NCBI GenBank assembly: GCA_963716365.1
Contig: OY970307.1
Coordinates: 2,969,682-3,033,681, forward strand
DNA: 64,000 bases
Reading direction: 5' to 3'
Source: Candidatus Dormiibacterota bacterium
GTDB lineage: Bacteria > Chloroflexota > Dormibacteria > Aeolococcales > Aeolococcaceae
Part shown: positions 9,767 to 19,439 of the stretch, piece by piece
Numbering within the stretch: position 1 is the first letter of the stretch
Layout: every line of letters begins with the position of its first letter
Program-made: the position numbers and the translations under genes
Notes under the pieces: model-generated
What the model was told of the DNA's origin: nothing
What the model saw: the letters and a program-made list of their open reading frames with translations, nothing else
The model's database searches: none

Positions 9767-10399
9767 ATGTACGCAATCCTTCAACACGGCGGTCACCAGT
9801 ACCGAGTTGCTTCCGGCGACCGGATCCTTGTCGATCGCATTCCTGTCGAGGTCGGATCGACGGTCACGCTCGAGTCGGTGCTGCTCATCGGTGACGGCGC
9901 CGAGACCGACGTCGCCAAGGGCTCGCCGGTCGAGGCCTCTGTCACCGCCACGGTGATCGCGCATCGGCGTGGCCGGAAGATTCGCGTCTTCACGTACAAG
10001 CCCAAGAAGCGCCACCGGCGCACGCTTGGATATCGCAGCCAGCTGACCGAGTTGCTCATCGACGACGTGTCTCGCGGCAAGGCGGACACAAAGCCGAAGG
10101 CCGCTGCGAAACCGCGCAAGGCCGCAGAGCCGGACAAGGCCGACGCTGTGGAGGCGAAGGCACCTGCGAAAGCCGCAACCGCGAAAGCGCCGGAGACTGC
10201 GAAGGCTGCGGAGAGCGAGGCGGTCGAAGCCGCTGCCGCAGCAGGCGAGGACGCCGAGGCCGTCGAGGACGCTGCGCCCACGAGCGACAGCGAGGCGGTT
10301 GCAGCAAAGACGACAGCCAAGAAGCCGGCGGTAGCCAAACCGGCAGCCGCGAAGCCCCGGGCCCCACGAGCGAAGAAGGATCCTGCAGATGGCGCATAA
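9767..10399 (+). CDS. rplU: 50S ribosomal protein L21 with long low-complexity C-terminal extension
   Basis: [34 protein letters not shown]; upstream of rpmA. Confidence 0.95.
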   Translation: MYAILQHGGHQYRVASGDRILVDRIPVEVGSTVTLESVLLIGDGAETDVAKGSPVEASVTATVIAHRRGRKIRVFTYKPKKRHRRTLGYRSQLTELLIDDVSRGKADTKPKAAAKPRKAAEPDKADAVEAKAPAKAATAKAPETAKAAESEAVEAAAAAGEDAEAVEDAAPTSDSEAVAAKTTAKKPAVAKPAAAKPRAPRAKKDPADGA

Positions 10400-10709
10400 G
10401 AAAGGCGGCGGGAGCTCCCGCAACGGACGCGACAGCAAAGCCAAGCGCCTCGGCGTGAAGCGCCACACCGGCGAGGTTGTCCTCGCAGGGACGATCCTGG
10501 TCCGTCAGCGCGGCACCAAGATCCTCGCGGGCGAGCACGTCGGCGTCGGCCGCGATCACACGCTTTTCGCGTTGCGCACCGGTACCGTCGCATACGACCA
10601 GACCGGCCATGACCGCACCCGCGCCAACGTCCGCGCGATGGCGATCTTCTCGGTCGGCGAGATGATCGAGGAGCCAGTCGACGAGGAGCCGGTCGCAGCG
10701 ACCGGCTGA
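10389..10709 (+). CDS. rpmA: 50S ribosomal protein L27
   Basis: [38 protein letters not shown]. Confidence 0.97.
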   Translation: MAHKKGGGSSRNGRDSKAKRLGVKRHTGEVVLAGTILVRQRGTKILAGEHVGVGRDHTLFALRTGTVAYDQTGHDRTRANVRAMAIFSVGEMIEEPVDEEPVAATG

Positions 10710-10713
10710 GCGT

Positions 10714-12009
10714 ACGGCCACTCGCGGCTCCCCCTTCATCGACGAGGTCGACATCGAGGTCGCGGCGGGAACGGGCGGGCGGGGCGCAGTCAGCTTCCGT
10801 CGCGAGAAGTACGTCCCTGACGGGGGTCCCGACGGGGGTGATGGGGGACGGGGCGGCGATGTCCTCATCGTCGCCGACTCCACCGACAGCACACTGTCCG
10901 GGTTCCGTGAGCGACGCTCGTTCGCGGCCGAGAACGGACAGGCCGGCGGCGGCCAAAAGCGCTCCGGGCATCACGGAGCGGACGTCGTGCTGCACGTTCC
11001 GGTCGGCACCATCGTCCGGGACGGCGAGAGGGTGCTCGCCGATCTCGATCGCCCGGGAGCGACGGCGCTCGGAGCACGCGGGGGCAGAGGCGGCCGCGGC
11101 AACACGCGGTTCGCGACCGCCACGCGTCAGGCACCCCGGGCAGGCGAGCTCGGCGACCCAGGAGAGAAGCGCCGCCTCCATCTCGAGTTGCGCCTCATCG
11201 CGGACATCGGGCTGGTGGGATTACCGAACGGCGGCAAGTCCACATTGCTGGCGGCGTTGACCGGCGCGCACCCGAAGATCGCTGCGTACCCGTTCACGAC
11301 GCTGCATCCCAACCTCGGCGTCGCCGAGCTCGACGGCGGTCACACGCTCGTCCTGGCCGACGTTCCCGGGCTCATCGAGGGCGCGAGCCAGGGCGCGGGG
11401 CTCGGTCTCGAATTCCTGCGCCACCTCGAGCGCACGCGAACGCTGATCCACGTCGTCGATGCGTCTGCCGGCGTCGATGAGGCGCGCACAGCGCTTGCCA
11501 CCGTGCGCGCCGAGCTCGAGGCGTACAGCCCCGAGCTCGCGGGGAGGCCATCGGTCTTCGCGTTCAACAAGATCGATCTCCCTGAAGGTGCCGCGGCCGC
11601 GGCGTCGCTCGCCGCGGAGTTCCCGGAGTCGTTCGGCATCTCGGCGCTGACCGGCGACGGATGCCGGGACATGCTGCTCGCCGCGGCCGCGCTCTCGGGT
11701 CGAGGAACGCGCGACAGGCCGATCCCCGCGGCACCCGGGCTGCACCGCGTCTACCGGCCACGCCCGAGGCGCGTGATCACCAACGACGTGGTCCGCGAGA
11801 GCGACGGGTTCCGCGTGGTCGGCGAGCTCGTCGAACGGATGGTCGGCCGGATCGATCTCGAGAACGACGAGGCCGTCGCCCGGCTCCAGCGCAAGCTCGC
11901 CGCCGCAGGTGTGGACGCTGCGCTCGCGGCGGCCGGAGCCACCGACGGCGACACGGTCCGTATCGGCGAAGCCGAGTTCAGCTATCGCGACGACGGGTTG
12001 TCGGCGTGA
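10714..12009 (+). CDS. obgE: GTPase ObgE (start codon uncertain; conserved N-terminus lies upstream of the ORF-track start)
   Basis: In-frame FIDEV...SFRREKYVPDGGPDGGDGGRGG from 10735; GLPNGGKST, YPFTTLHP, DVPG, NKID; C-terminal Obg domain. Confidence 0.93.
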   Translation, partial: TATRGSPFIDEVDIEVAAGTGGRGAVSFRREKYVPDGGPDGGDGGRGGDVLIVADSTDSTLSGFRERRSFAAENGQAGGGQKRSGHHGADVVLHVPVGTIVRDGERVLADLDRPGATALGARGGRGGRGNTRFATATRQAPRAGELGDPGEKRRLHLELRLIADIGLVGLPNGGKSTLLAALTGAHPKIAAYPFTTLHPNLGVAELDGGHTLVLADVPGLIEGASQGAGLGLEFLRHLERTRTLIHVVDASAGVDEARTALATVRAELEAYSPELAGRPSVFAFNKIDLPEGAAAAASLAAEFPESFGISALTGDGCRDMLLAAAALSGRGTRDRPIPAAPGLHRVYRPRPRRVITNDVVRESDGFRVVGELVERMVGRIDLENDEAVARLQRKLAAAGVDAALAAAGATDGDTVRIGEAEFSYRDDGLSA

Positions 12010-12617
12010 CCTCGGTGCTCGTGTTCGGCGGGAGCTTCGACCCGGTCCACAACGGCCATCTCTCGATCGCGAAACAGGCTCGCGAGCTCACGGGCGCAGC
12101 CGAAGTGTGGTTCGTCCCGTCGGCGATAGCGCCGCTGCGTGACCACCTTGCGGCGCCACCCGAGGAACGCCTGGCGCTGGTCCGCGTGGCAGCCGGGGAC
12201 ATGGCGCACACGCGCGTCCTGGACGTGGCCATCCGCATGGGTGGCGTGTCGTACACCGCGGAGACAATGGACGCGCTGCGTCGCGAGTACCCCGACGACG
12301 ACCTTGCGGTGCTGGTGGGCGCTGACGCTGCGCGCACGCTCCCGAGCTGGCATCGCGCAGCTGATCTGCTCGCGCGCGAGCACTTCGTGGTGGTCAATCG
12401 CACGGGCCCGCCGGTCCTCGACAACGACGAGTTGAGCAGCCTTGGTTTCATCGCCGGATCCACGACGCTGCTGAGCGTCGACTCGCCGAACATCAGTGCC
12501 TCCGAAGTGCGCGAGCGCTGTGCCGGCGGCCAATCGCTCGCCGGCCTCGTGCCCGACGCGGTGGCAGCGTTGATCGCCGGAAGCGGCATGTACCGCTCCA
12601 ATCCGGACGATGCATAA
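12006..12617 (+). CDS. nadD: Nicotinate-nucleotide adenylyltransferase
   Basis: FGGSFDPVHNGH, SYT, GAD, ISASEVR; GTGA overlap with obgE; usual obgE-nadD-rsfS synteny. Confidence 0.95.
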   Translation: MTSVLVFGGSFDPVHNGHLSIAKQARELTGAAEVWFVPSAIAPLRDHLAAPPEERLALVRVAAGDMAHTRVLDVAIRMGGVSYTAETMDALRREYPDDDLAVLVGADAARTLPSWHRAADLLAREHFVVVNRTGPPVLDNDELSSLGFIAGSTTLLSVDSPNISASEVRERCAGGQSLAGLVPDAVAALIAGSGMYRSNPDDA

Positions 12618-12627
12618 TGCGAATCGG

Positions 12628-12969
12628 ATGACATCCACTGAGCTGGCAGACATCGTCGCCGTCGCTGCCACTGACAAGAAGGCGCGCGACGTGGTCATTC
12701 TCGACATTCGGGGCAAGACCACCATCGCCGATTACTTCGTGATCTGCGAAGGCGACACCGATCGGCAAGTTCGTGCCATTACAGAGAATATCTCGGACGT
12801 GTGCAAGGAGCATGGCGTGCGTGCGCTCGCTGTAGCGGGCCTCAAGGACGCGTCGTGGGCGTGCGCGGACTTTGATGCGGTGATCGCGCATGTGTTCCTT
12901 CCTGGCGAGCGAACCTTCTACGACCTCGAGGGACTCTGGGGCGACCCTGCCGGCGAGGAAGCGATCTAG
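12628..12969 (+). CDS. rsfS: Ribosome silencing factor
   Basis: DKKARDVVILD, ADYFVIC, RQVRAI, FYDLEGLW. Confidence 0.95.
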   Translation: MTSTELADIVAVAATDKKARDVVILDIRGKTTIADYFVICEGDTDRQVRAITENISDVCKEHGVRALAVAGLKDASWACADFDAVIAHVFLPGERTFYDLEGLWGDPAGEEAI

Positions 12970-12982
12970 CGTCGTCCGGGCG

Positions 12983-14359
12983 TCACGGCTGGAACAGCGG
13001 GACGCCGTTCACCACGGTGGCGTCGAGGTTGAGCAGCGCGAACACGATCGCGACCGCGCTGAACGCGATCGAGCCCCAGAGGAGTATCCGCTCGGCGAGA
13101 CCGAGATCCTTGCCGCCGATTGCGGCAAGCGGCGGCAGGAAGAGTCCGAGCACCGCGCCGCACAACAGCCCGCCGATGTGCGCGTAGTTGTTGATGTCCT
13201 CGGAGCTGCTGAAGAGAAACGTCAGCGCGACATTGAGCACGATCACCGTCACGGCGTAGTTGCGCACGGTGTGCGAGATGCCCACCGGTACCTTCTTCCC
13301 CTGGATGCGGCCGACCATCAGCAGCAGGCCGACGAGCCCGGCGATGCCGCCCGATGCGCCGATCGAAATGGTCGGCTCGATCGCCGGAAGTTGGAACGGC
13401 AACTGGCTGATACCGACCCAGAAGAGTCCGCCGGCGATCGCGGTGATCAGGAAGGCTCCGAGAAAGACGAGCCGTCCGTAGAGCTGCTCGACGAGCCTGC
13501 CGATGAAGAGCATCGCGATGCTGTTGAAGAGCACGTGGTACACGCTGCTGTTGTCGTGCAGGAATGCGCTGCTGACGAAGCGCCACCACTCGATCGTGCA
13601 TCCGGGACTCTGGCCGACCGCGGGATAGAGGCTCGCGTTCGGCAGCGCACCCCAGGAGCAGAGGTCCGGCCCGGTCGACGTTGGGCTGTTCGAGATGGTC
13701 GTCGACTCGATGAGCCAGATCACGACGAAGATGCCGATGAGGGTGTACGTGAGGATCGGCTGGGTGACCATCGCGCGGCGAACCGGCGCGACGTAGCCGC
13801 CGGCAACGGTCTGGCGCTCGGCGAGGTCCACCGCCGCCAGCGTCGGCGTCGCCGCGCCGTCGTGGACGGCCCGGGCCTTGGCGCGCAACTCGCCGACGGG
13901 CGGGAGGCCCGGCGGGATCGGCAGGATCGCCCCGGCATTGCCCGTGGTGGCGTCGACCCACGCGACGCCGAGGCGAACCGGGTCGTTCGCGTTTGTGGCG
14001 ACTGCGAGCGTCCCCGCCAGCGGCGTGAGCGCGATCAGGAGGATGTCGCATACCTGCGCGCCCTGCTCATGGATGCGATCCAGCCCCCACCGGCGCGCCG
14101 CGTCGCAGCGATCGGCGAGATCCCGGCCTGCGATCGCAGGATCGGCCGGCGGCTCGTAGAAGGCCACCAGAGCGGCGCGTGGGCCGTTCCACATCGCGGC
14201 GGCGAGCACGTAGCTGCCGAGCAACGCCCCGAGCCGACCGTCGCGCTGGTCCGCGAGGCGCAGCCGGTACCTGGTGACCAGATCCATCGCGATCGCGAGC
14301 GCGACCGGGCTCGGCCCGGGCGGCGGGGCGGCGTGGTCAGGTGGAGCCACGTCCGTCAC
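12983..14359 (-). CDS. Rhomboid intramembrane serine protease with extra N-terminal domain
   Basis: EWWRFVSSAFLH, HVLFN, IGASGG (catalytic Ser), NYAHIGG (catalytic His). Confidence 0.9.
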   Translation of the reverse strand: MTDVAPPDHAAPPPGPSPVALAIAMDLVTRYRLRLADQRDGRLGALLGSYVLAAAMWNGPRAALVAFYEPPADPAIAGRDLADRCDAARRWGLDRIHEQGAQVCDILLIALTPLAGTLAVATNANDPVRLGVAWVDATTGNAGAILPIPPGLPPVGELRAKARAVHDGAATPTLAAVDLAERQTVAGGYVAPVRRAMVTQPILTYTLIGIFVVIWLIESTTISNSPTSTGPDLCSWGALPNASLYPAVGQSPGCTIEWWRFVSSAFLHDNSSVYHVLFNSIAMLFIGRLVEQLYGRLVFLGAFLITAIAGGLFWVGISQLPFQLPAIEPTISIGASGGIAGLVGLLLMVGRIQGKKVPVGISHTVRNYAVTVIVLNVALTFLFSSSEDINNYAHIGGLLCGAVLGLFLPPLAAIGGKDLGLAERILLWGSIAFSAVAIVFALLNLDATVVNGVPLFQP

Positions 14360-14429
14360 CCGGTCAGTCTACCCATCGTGTCCGCCGACGCCCCTCGTGT
14401 TCGACCTCGTTTTCGGCTATGGTCACCCG

Positions 14430-15215
14430 GTGCCAACGGCGAGCAGCGCCGCGCAGACAGCGCCGACACTGACCCTCGGCTCGCTGCACCGTTCGCTGCT
14501 CGCGCAACTCGATGCCCACCTCGGTACGCGGGTCGGCATCCACTTCGAGGAACGGACCTCCGTCGTTGCTGAGCACGCTCCGCCCGGCAGCGCGCCCGAG
14601 CGTGTCGAGCGCAGGACGTTCGACGCCGATCTCGTGGTGCGCGACGGTGTCGTGGCGAGCGCGAGCCTCACCGCGGGTGCCGCCGGTGCCGAAACGCTCA
14701 CCGTCCGCGTTGCCGACGTCGGCGGCGTCAGCCGGTACTCGGTGGCTGGTGGAGGCTTCGGGGTGCTCAACACCCGGCCGCATCTCTTCGATCTCGTGGA
14801 CTTCCAGTCGCGCCTCGACGCGGTCCCGGTGGGCGACGCGGTGGTCGACCTCGAGATACCGGACGGCACCGGGCGGATCGTCCTGGACGCCGCGATCGAC
14901 ACTGACTCGTTCGCGCATCTCCTCAGCATCTTCGGGGGCAACGAGCCTTCGAATCCCGAACTGCCACTGCTGTCGCACTCGGTGACGCTCTCGGCCGGCG
15001 ACGATGTGACCCTCGACTACTGGTGGTCGCTGCTTGGGATCGACGAGAACGAGGGGCGCCCAGCGCGCAACAACGTCGTCGTGTGCCACGTGGAGGTCTC
15101 GGTCGCCGCTGCGCCGTCCGGCGAGAGCAGCCCGAGCGTGGAACCGGACCCGGCGCTGCCTGCTCTGGACGACCTCGACTCGGTCTGGGAGCTGGCCAGG
15201 CGGACTCGTCCCTAG
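14430..15215 (+). CDS. Hypothetical protein
   Basis: Long open frame with coding-like bias; TATGGT -10-like box 6 nt before the GTG. Confidence 0.6.
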   Translation: MPTASSAAQTAPTLTLGSLHRSLLAQLDAHLGTRVGIHFEERTSVVAEHAPPGSAPERVERRTFDADLVVRDGVVASASLTAGAAGAETLTVRVADVGGVSRYSVAGGGFGVLNTRPHLFDLVDFQSRLDAVPVGDAVVDLEIPDGTGRIVLDAAIDTDSFAHLLSIFGGNEPSNPELPLLSHSVTLSAGDDVTLDYWWSLLGIDENEGRPARNNVVVCHVEVSVAAAPSGESSPSVEPDPALPALDDLDSVWELARRTRP

Positions 15216-15231
15216 CTACCCTGCCTCGTCG

Positions 15232-17751
15232 CTAATGTGGCGGAAGGGTCGGGCCTGCTGGCGGCGTGGGGGTGGGTCCGGGCGACGGTGACGGCCCGGT
15301 CGTTCCGGGGGGCGGAGTGGGCGGCGCGGCAGTCGGCCCCATGTAGGTGCAGGTCTGGCTCGGGAGCGGGACCGGGCCGTAGTACGTGCAGTTGGTGCTG
15401 GCGCCGGGCTGCGTGCCGGGGATGTAGAAGTCGTCGTCATCGTTGCCTGGGGGGCCCACGGCGATGACGTCGGCCGGCATCTTGTACCAGGTGTCCGGCA
15501 CGCCCTTGAGCGCCTTCAACATGTAGTTGTGCCAGATCGGCGCCGCACCGCTGTATCCCGACACGACGTCGTTCAGGCGCCCACAGCTGGCGTTGTACGG
15601 CTTGAGGCCGTAGTGCTTGAGATCGCCCGGGTTGAAGGGGTCGGTCACGAGGTCGAGACCATCGACGATGTTGCCCCGGTTCAGTTGCGTCTGCATGGTT
15701 TTCACGTCCTGCGGCTTGAGACAGCTCGCGCGGCCGTTCCCCACCCAGACAGCGGTCGTGAGGTTGGGCGTCCAGCCGACGGTGAGGTTGTCGACGAAGA
15801 AGTCCGACGTCCCGGTCTTGGCGCTCACCCGGCGCGGGTTGAGGGTGAGATAGCCGTTGCGTCCGAACTCCCTGATGCGGTTGTTGTCGTTGCTGGTGAT
15901 CTCATCCATGATGTACGCGACGTTCGCGGGGATCACCTGACGCCCTGCGGCGGCCGCGTTGTATGTCCAGACGATCTGCCCGGTTGCCTGGGCAGTGATG
16001 CTGCTCACCGGCATGGGATCGTGCTGCACGCCGAGGTCGGCGAGCGTGGCCGCACCGTCGGCGAGGTCAATGAGGTCGATGCCGCAGGTGAACGCACCCA
16101 GGGTCGCCGCCCACTGATCGGGTGCAGGGCGGTTGTTGTAGATCGGTCCGTTGTTGCCGTCCGGCTGGCAATCGCCGTTGATCGATTGCACGCCCATCGC
16201 CATCTCGACGTTGGTGATGTAGTCGATACCCGTTCCGTATTCCGTCTTCACCGCCGGGATGTTGAACAAGTCGCCGAGACACACCTTGAGCTCGCACACG
16301 CCGTGGGTCCGGCGGTCGTCGTCAGGTGGCCGGTATCCCTTCGTGCCGGCAATCGGGAACGTGTAGTAGTCGTCGAGCAGCGGCGTCGTCATCGTGAATT
16401 TGGTCGATGCGATCGCGGCCGTGTACGTGAAGAGCTTCGTGGTCGACCCGAGCGGGACGGGCGTGTCGGCCATGTTCACCTGCCCGTAGTCCGGGTCCGC
16501 GTAATTCCAGGTGCCGACCATCGCCAGGATGTCACCGGTCTTCGGGTCGAGGCTCACCAGCGCCCCATCGTTCATGTTCTCGGGCTTCCGCTCTGCCGCG
16601 ACCTCCTCGTGCACGGTGGTGTATGCCTCGTTCTGCTTCACCGGGTCGAGCGTCGTGTGGATGATGTAGCCGCCGGGGTTTGCGTACTGCGGGAAGTGCA
16701 CGTTGAGGTAGCCCTCGAGATACGACACGAAGTCGGGGTCGAGGCTCGGGTTCGACTGCGTCCACGAGTGGAAGGTCAGTGGCTCCGCATATGCCGCCGC
16801 CGCCTGTGCTTGCGTGACGTCGTGACTCGCGACCATCGCCTGGAGCACCTGCTTCTGGCGGTTCTTCGCCAGCGGGTTCACCGTCTCGTTGGCCGGGTGG
16901 CTCAGCGGGTTGTACGAGGTCGGTGACTGCGGAAGCCCGGCGAGCATCGCCGCCTGCGCCAGGTCGAGCTGGCTCGCCGGCTTGAGGAAGTAGAGCTCCG
17001 CCGCGGAGCCGACGCCGACGGCGAAGTTCCCGTAGAAGATCCGGTTGATGTACATCTCGAGGATCTGGTCCTTCGAGAAGTTCAGCTGGATCTCGTTCCC
17101 GAGGACGATCTCCTTGATCTTGTAGTCGATGCTCTGGGGCGGATCAGCGCCGCCGTAGAGGCTGATCTTCGCCAGCTGCTCGGTGATCGTCGACCCGCCC
17201 TGGACGGTGCTCGAGCTGTGCGTGATGTCGGCAACACCCAACTCGGCAAGGCGGGCCAGGTCCCACGAGCCCTCGGTATAGAAGTTGTGGTCCTCGACCG
17301 CGACGATCGCCTCCTTGAACAGCGGTGACACAGCAGACAGGTCGACGTGCACGTGCCGGTAGCCGGAGTTGTGGAAGACCTGGATGAGGTCGCCGGCGCC
17401 GTCGTAGACGTCGGTGTCGATCTGCGGCTCCATGTTGGTGATCGTCGACGCGTCGGGCAACTGGCTCTTGTAGGCGTTGTAGCCCGCGAAGACGGCTCCG
17501 ACCGTGCCGGCTCCGATCGCCGCGAAGACCGTGATGAGGATGAGCACGACGCGGAGCACGCGACCGCGGCGACGCGGCTGCCGCAGGTGGCGGTAGGCGC
17601 TGGCACGGCGACGCCGGAGCTCTGCGCGAGCGGCTGCTTGGGAGGCGCCGACGCCGGGGTTGGCCGATCCGGCCGCGCGCATGGGAGCCCGAGATCCGTT
17701 GGGAAGGCCCGCCCGGCGGCGCCGAGCCTCAGGCCCTTGCTCGAGGCTCAC
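15232..17751 (-). CDS. Class A penicillin-binding protein (transglycosylase/transpeptidase)
   Basis: N-terminal TM; EDHNFY, QGGSTITEQLAK, KIKE; STTK (SxxK), KTGT; Pro/Thr-rich tail. Confidence 0.93.
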   Translation of the reverse strand: MSLEQGPEARRRRAGLPNGSRAPMRAAGSANPGVGASQAAARAELRRRRASAYRHLRQPRRRGRVLRVVLILITVFAAIGAGTVGAVFAGYNAYKSQLPDASTITNMEPQIDTDVYDGAGDLIQVFHNSGYRHVHVDLSAVSPLFKEAIVAVEDHNFYTEGSWDLARLAELGVADITHSSSTVQGGSTITEQLAKISLYGGADPPQSIDYKIKEIVLGNEIQLNFSKDQILEMYINRIFYGNFAVGVGSAAELYFLKPASQLDLAQAAMLAGLPQSPTSYNPLSHPANETVNPLAKNRQKQVLQAMVASHDVTQAQAAAAYAEPLTFHSWTQSNPSLDPDFVSYLEGYLNVHFPQYANPGGYIIHTTLDPVKQNEAYTTVHEEVAAERKPENMNDGALVSLDPKTGDILAMVGTWNYADPDYGQVNMADTPVPLGSTTKLFTYTAAIASTKFTMTTPLLDDYYTFPIAGTKGYRPPDDDRRTHGVCELKVCLGDLFNIPAVKTEYGTGIDYITNVEMAMGVQSINGDCQPDGNNGPIYNNRPAPDQWAATLGAFTCGIDLIDLADGAATLADLGVQHDPMPVSSITAQATGQIVWTYNAAAAGRQVIPANVAYIMDEITSNDNNRIREFGRNGYLTLNPRRVSAKTGTSDFFVDNLTVGWTPNLTTAVWVGNGRASCLKPQDVKTMQTQLNRGNIVDGLDLVTDPFNPGDLKHYGLKPYNASCGRLNDVVSGYSGAAPIWHNYMLKALKGVPDTWYKMPADVIAVGPPGNDDDDFYIPGTQPGASTNCTYYGPVPLPSQTCTYMGPTAAPPTPPPGTTGPSPSPGPTPTPPAGPTLPPH

Positions 17752-17859
17752 CCCTGAACCGTCATGTGCATATCCGAGATGGTCTCCTGACTGCCCGGCG
17801 TCGTGGCGCCAAAGCAGTGCTGCCGAGTTCTCCGGTGAAACGCCGGGGTTCGGCTCGGG

Positions 17860-18012
17860 TTACGCCGGCCGCATGGCGACGGCGATGACAAAGAGGACGG
17901 CGAACAGCACGACGATGACCGCCCCCGCGACCAGCGCGCCGGGGCCCTCCTCGATCCAGAAGGGTCCGACGCGGCGCCGTCCGGGGGCCCCTTCGTCAAG
18001 CGGAACCGCCAT
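17860..18012 (-). CDS. Putative 50-aa single-pass membrane protein
   Basis: MAVPLDEG...GPFWIEEGPGALVAGAVIVVLFAVLFVIAVAMRPA fills the intergenic gap; strong hydrophobic helix. Confidence 0.45.
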   Translation of the reverse strand: MAVPLDEGAPGRRRVGPFWIEEGPGALVAGAVIVVLFAVLFVIAVAMRPA

Positions 18013-18109
18013 GCAGGCAAAGGTACCAGGAGGTCCGCTGGAACGGACGTATGACAATCCGCCACGACCGCCGGGACCTGGACTTGGGCCGTGACACAAT
18101 CCAAATCCG

Positions 18110-19426
18110 ATGGCAGTTACCTTGCCTGTGTCTGCGCCGGTGGCCAGTCCGATCGCGCTTCCGCCTGCTCCGCGGACAGCGGAGGAGACGGGACTGCCGT
18201 TTAGCTTTGTCTGCGATCTGGTCCTCAAGGTCCTCTATTTCAACGGCAGCATGCTCGGTCGCGACATCGCGAACCACCTGTGTCTGCCCTTCTCGTTCGT
18301 CGAGACCACGACCCGATTCCTCGCCGATGAGGGGTACTGCTCCTCCACGGGAATGCACACTGCGGCGCTCGACCCGGGCGAGCCGATCAACGCCGGCATG
18401 CAGCACATGATCTCGACGACGGGCAGGCAGCGCGCCCGCGAGCTCCTCGAAATCAACCAGTACGCCGGCCCCGCTCCGGTGCCGATCGCCGATTACACCG
18501 CGATGGCCGAACGCCAGTCGCATGTCGACGGCCAGGTCAACCGGGCCCGCCTGCACGACGCCTTCAGCCATCTCGTCCTCTCCGAGGTCGTCCTCGACCA
18601 CCTCGGTCCCGCGTTGAGCGCACGCCAAGCGGTGTTCCTCTACGGCCCTCCCGGCAACGGCAAGACGACCATCGCGGAGGCTGCGGCGTCGCTGCTGGGC
18701 GCGCCGATGTTCATCCCGCGCGCTCTGTACGTCCACGGCGAGGTCATCCGGTTCTACGACCCGATCCACCACGAGCCGATCGACCGTGACCTGCCGCCCC
18801 ACGACCGTCGCTGGCAGCTGGCCAAGCGTCCGGCCGTCAAGGTCGGCGGGGAGCTGACCCCGCGGATGCTCGAGCTGGGCTTCGACCACACGCTCGGCTT
18901 CTACGAGGCGTCGATGCAGCTCAAGGCCAACGGCGGGCTCTTCCTGATCGACGACTTCGGGCGCCAGCAGAACATGTCACCGCGTGACCTCCTGAACCGG
19001 CTGATCGTGCCGCTCGAGAAGAAGGTCGACTATCTGAACATCCCCCGCGCGGGCTCGAGCATCCCGGTCCCGTTCACATGTCTGGTGATGCTCTCGACCA
19101 ACCTGCGCCCGCAGAACCTCATGGACGAGGCCTTCCTGCGCCGGGTGCGCTTCAAAGTCCACGTGCCCGACCCGACGGTCGACGAGTACAAGGAGATCTG
19201 GCGGCGCAACTGCGTGGACAACAACCTGCGCATGGACGAGGGGCTGGTGGACCGTCTCCTCGAGAACCACTATCACTCCAAGGGACGGCCGCTGCACGGC
19301 ACGCATCCGCGCGACCTGCTCAATCATGTGATTCACGCCGCGCTGTATCTCGGCAAGCCGGTGGAGCTGAACGACGAGCTCCTCGAACTGGCATGCGAGA
19401 CGTATTTCGTCGAGGCCGACGAGTAG
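18110..19426 (+). CDS. AAA+ family ATPase of unknown function
   Basis: Walker A GPPGNGKT, Walker B LFLIDDFGRQ, STNL (sensor 1), DEAFLRR (Arg finger). Confidence 0.9.
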   Translation: MAVTLPVSAPVASPIALPPAPRTAEETGLPFSFVCDLVLKVLYFNGSMLGRDIANHLCLPFSFVETTTRFLADEGYCSSTGMHTAALDPGEPINAGMQHMISTTGRQRARELLEINQYAGPAPVPIADYTAMAERQSHVDGQVNRARLHDAFSHLVLSEVVLDHLGPALSARQAVFLYGPPGNGKTTIAEAAASLLGAPMFIPRALYVHGEVIRFYDPIHHEPIDRDLPPHDRRWQLAKRPAVKVGGELTPRMLELGFDHTLGFYEASMQLKANGGLFLIDDFGRQQNMSPRDLLNRLIVPLEKKVDYLNIPRAGSSIPVPFTCLVMLSTNLRPQNLMDEAFLRRVRFKVHVPDPTVDEYKEIWRRNCVDNNLRMDEGLVDRLLENHYHSKGRPLHGTHPRDLLNHVIHAALYLGKPVELNDELLELACETYFVEADE

Positions 19427-19439
19427 CGCGTCCGCGCGA

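Noticed and set aside
10389-12009. rpmA-obgE fusion protein
   Set aside because: Different reading frames, and rpmA has a clean TGA at 10707-10709.
15240-15330. G-rich repetitive tract (possible G-quadruplex)
   Set aside because: Explained by the Pro/Thr-rich C-terminal tail of the PBP on the minus strand.
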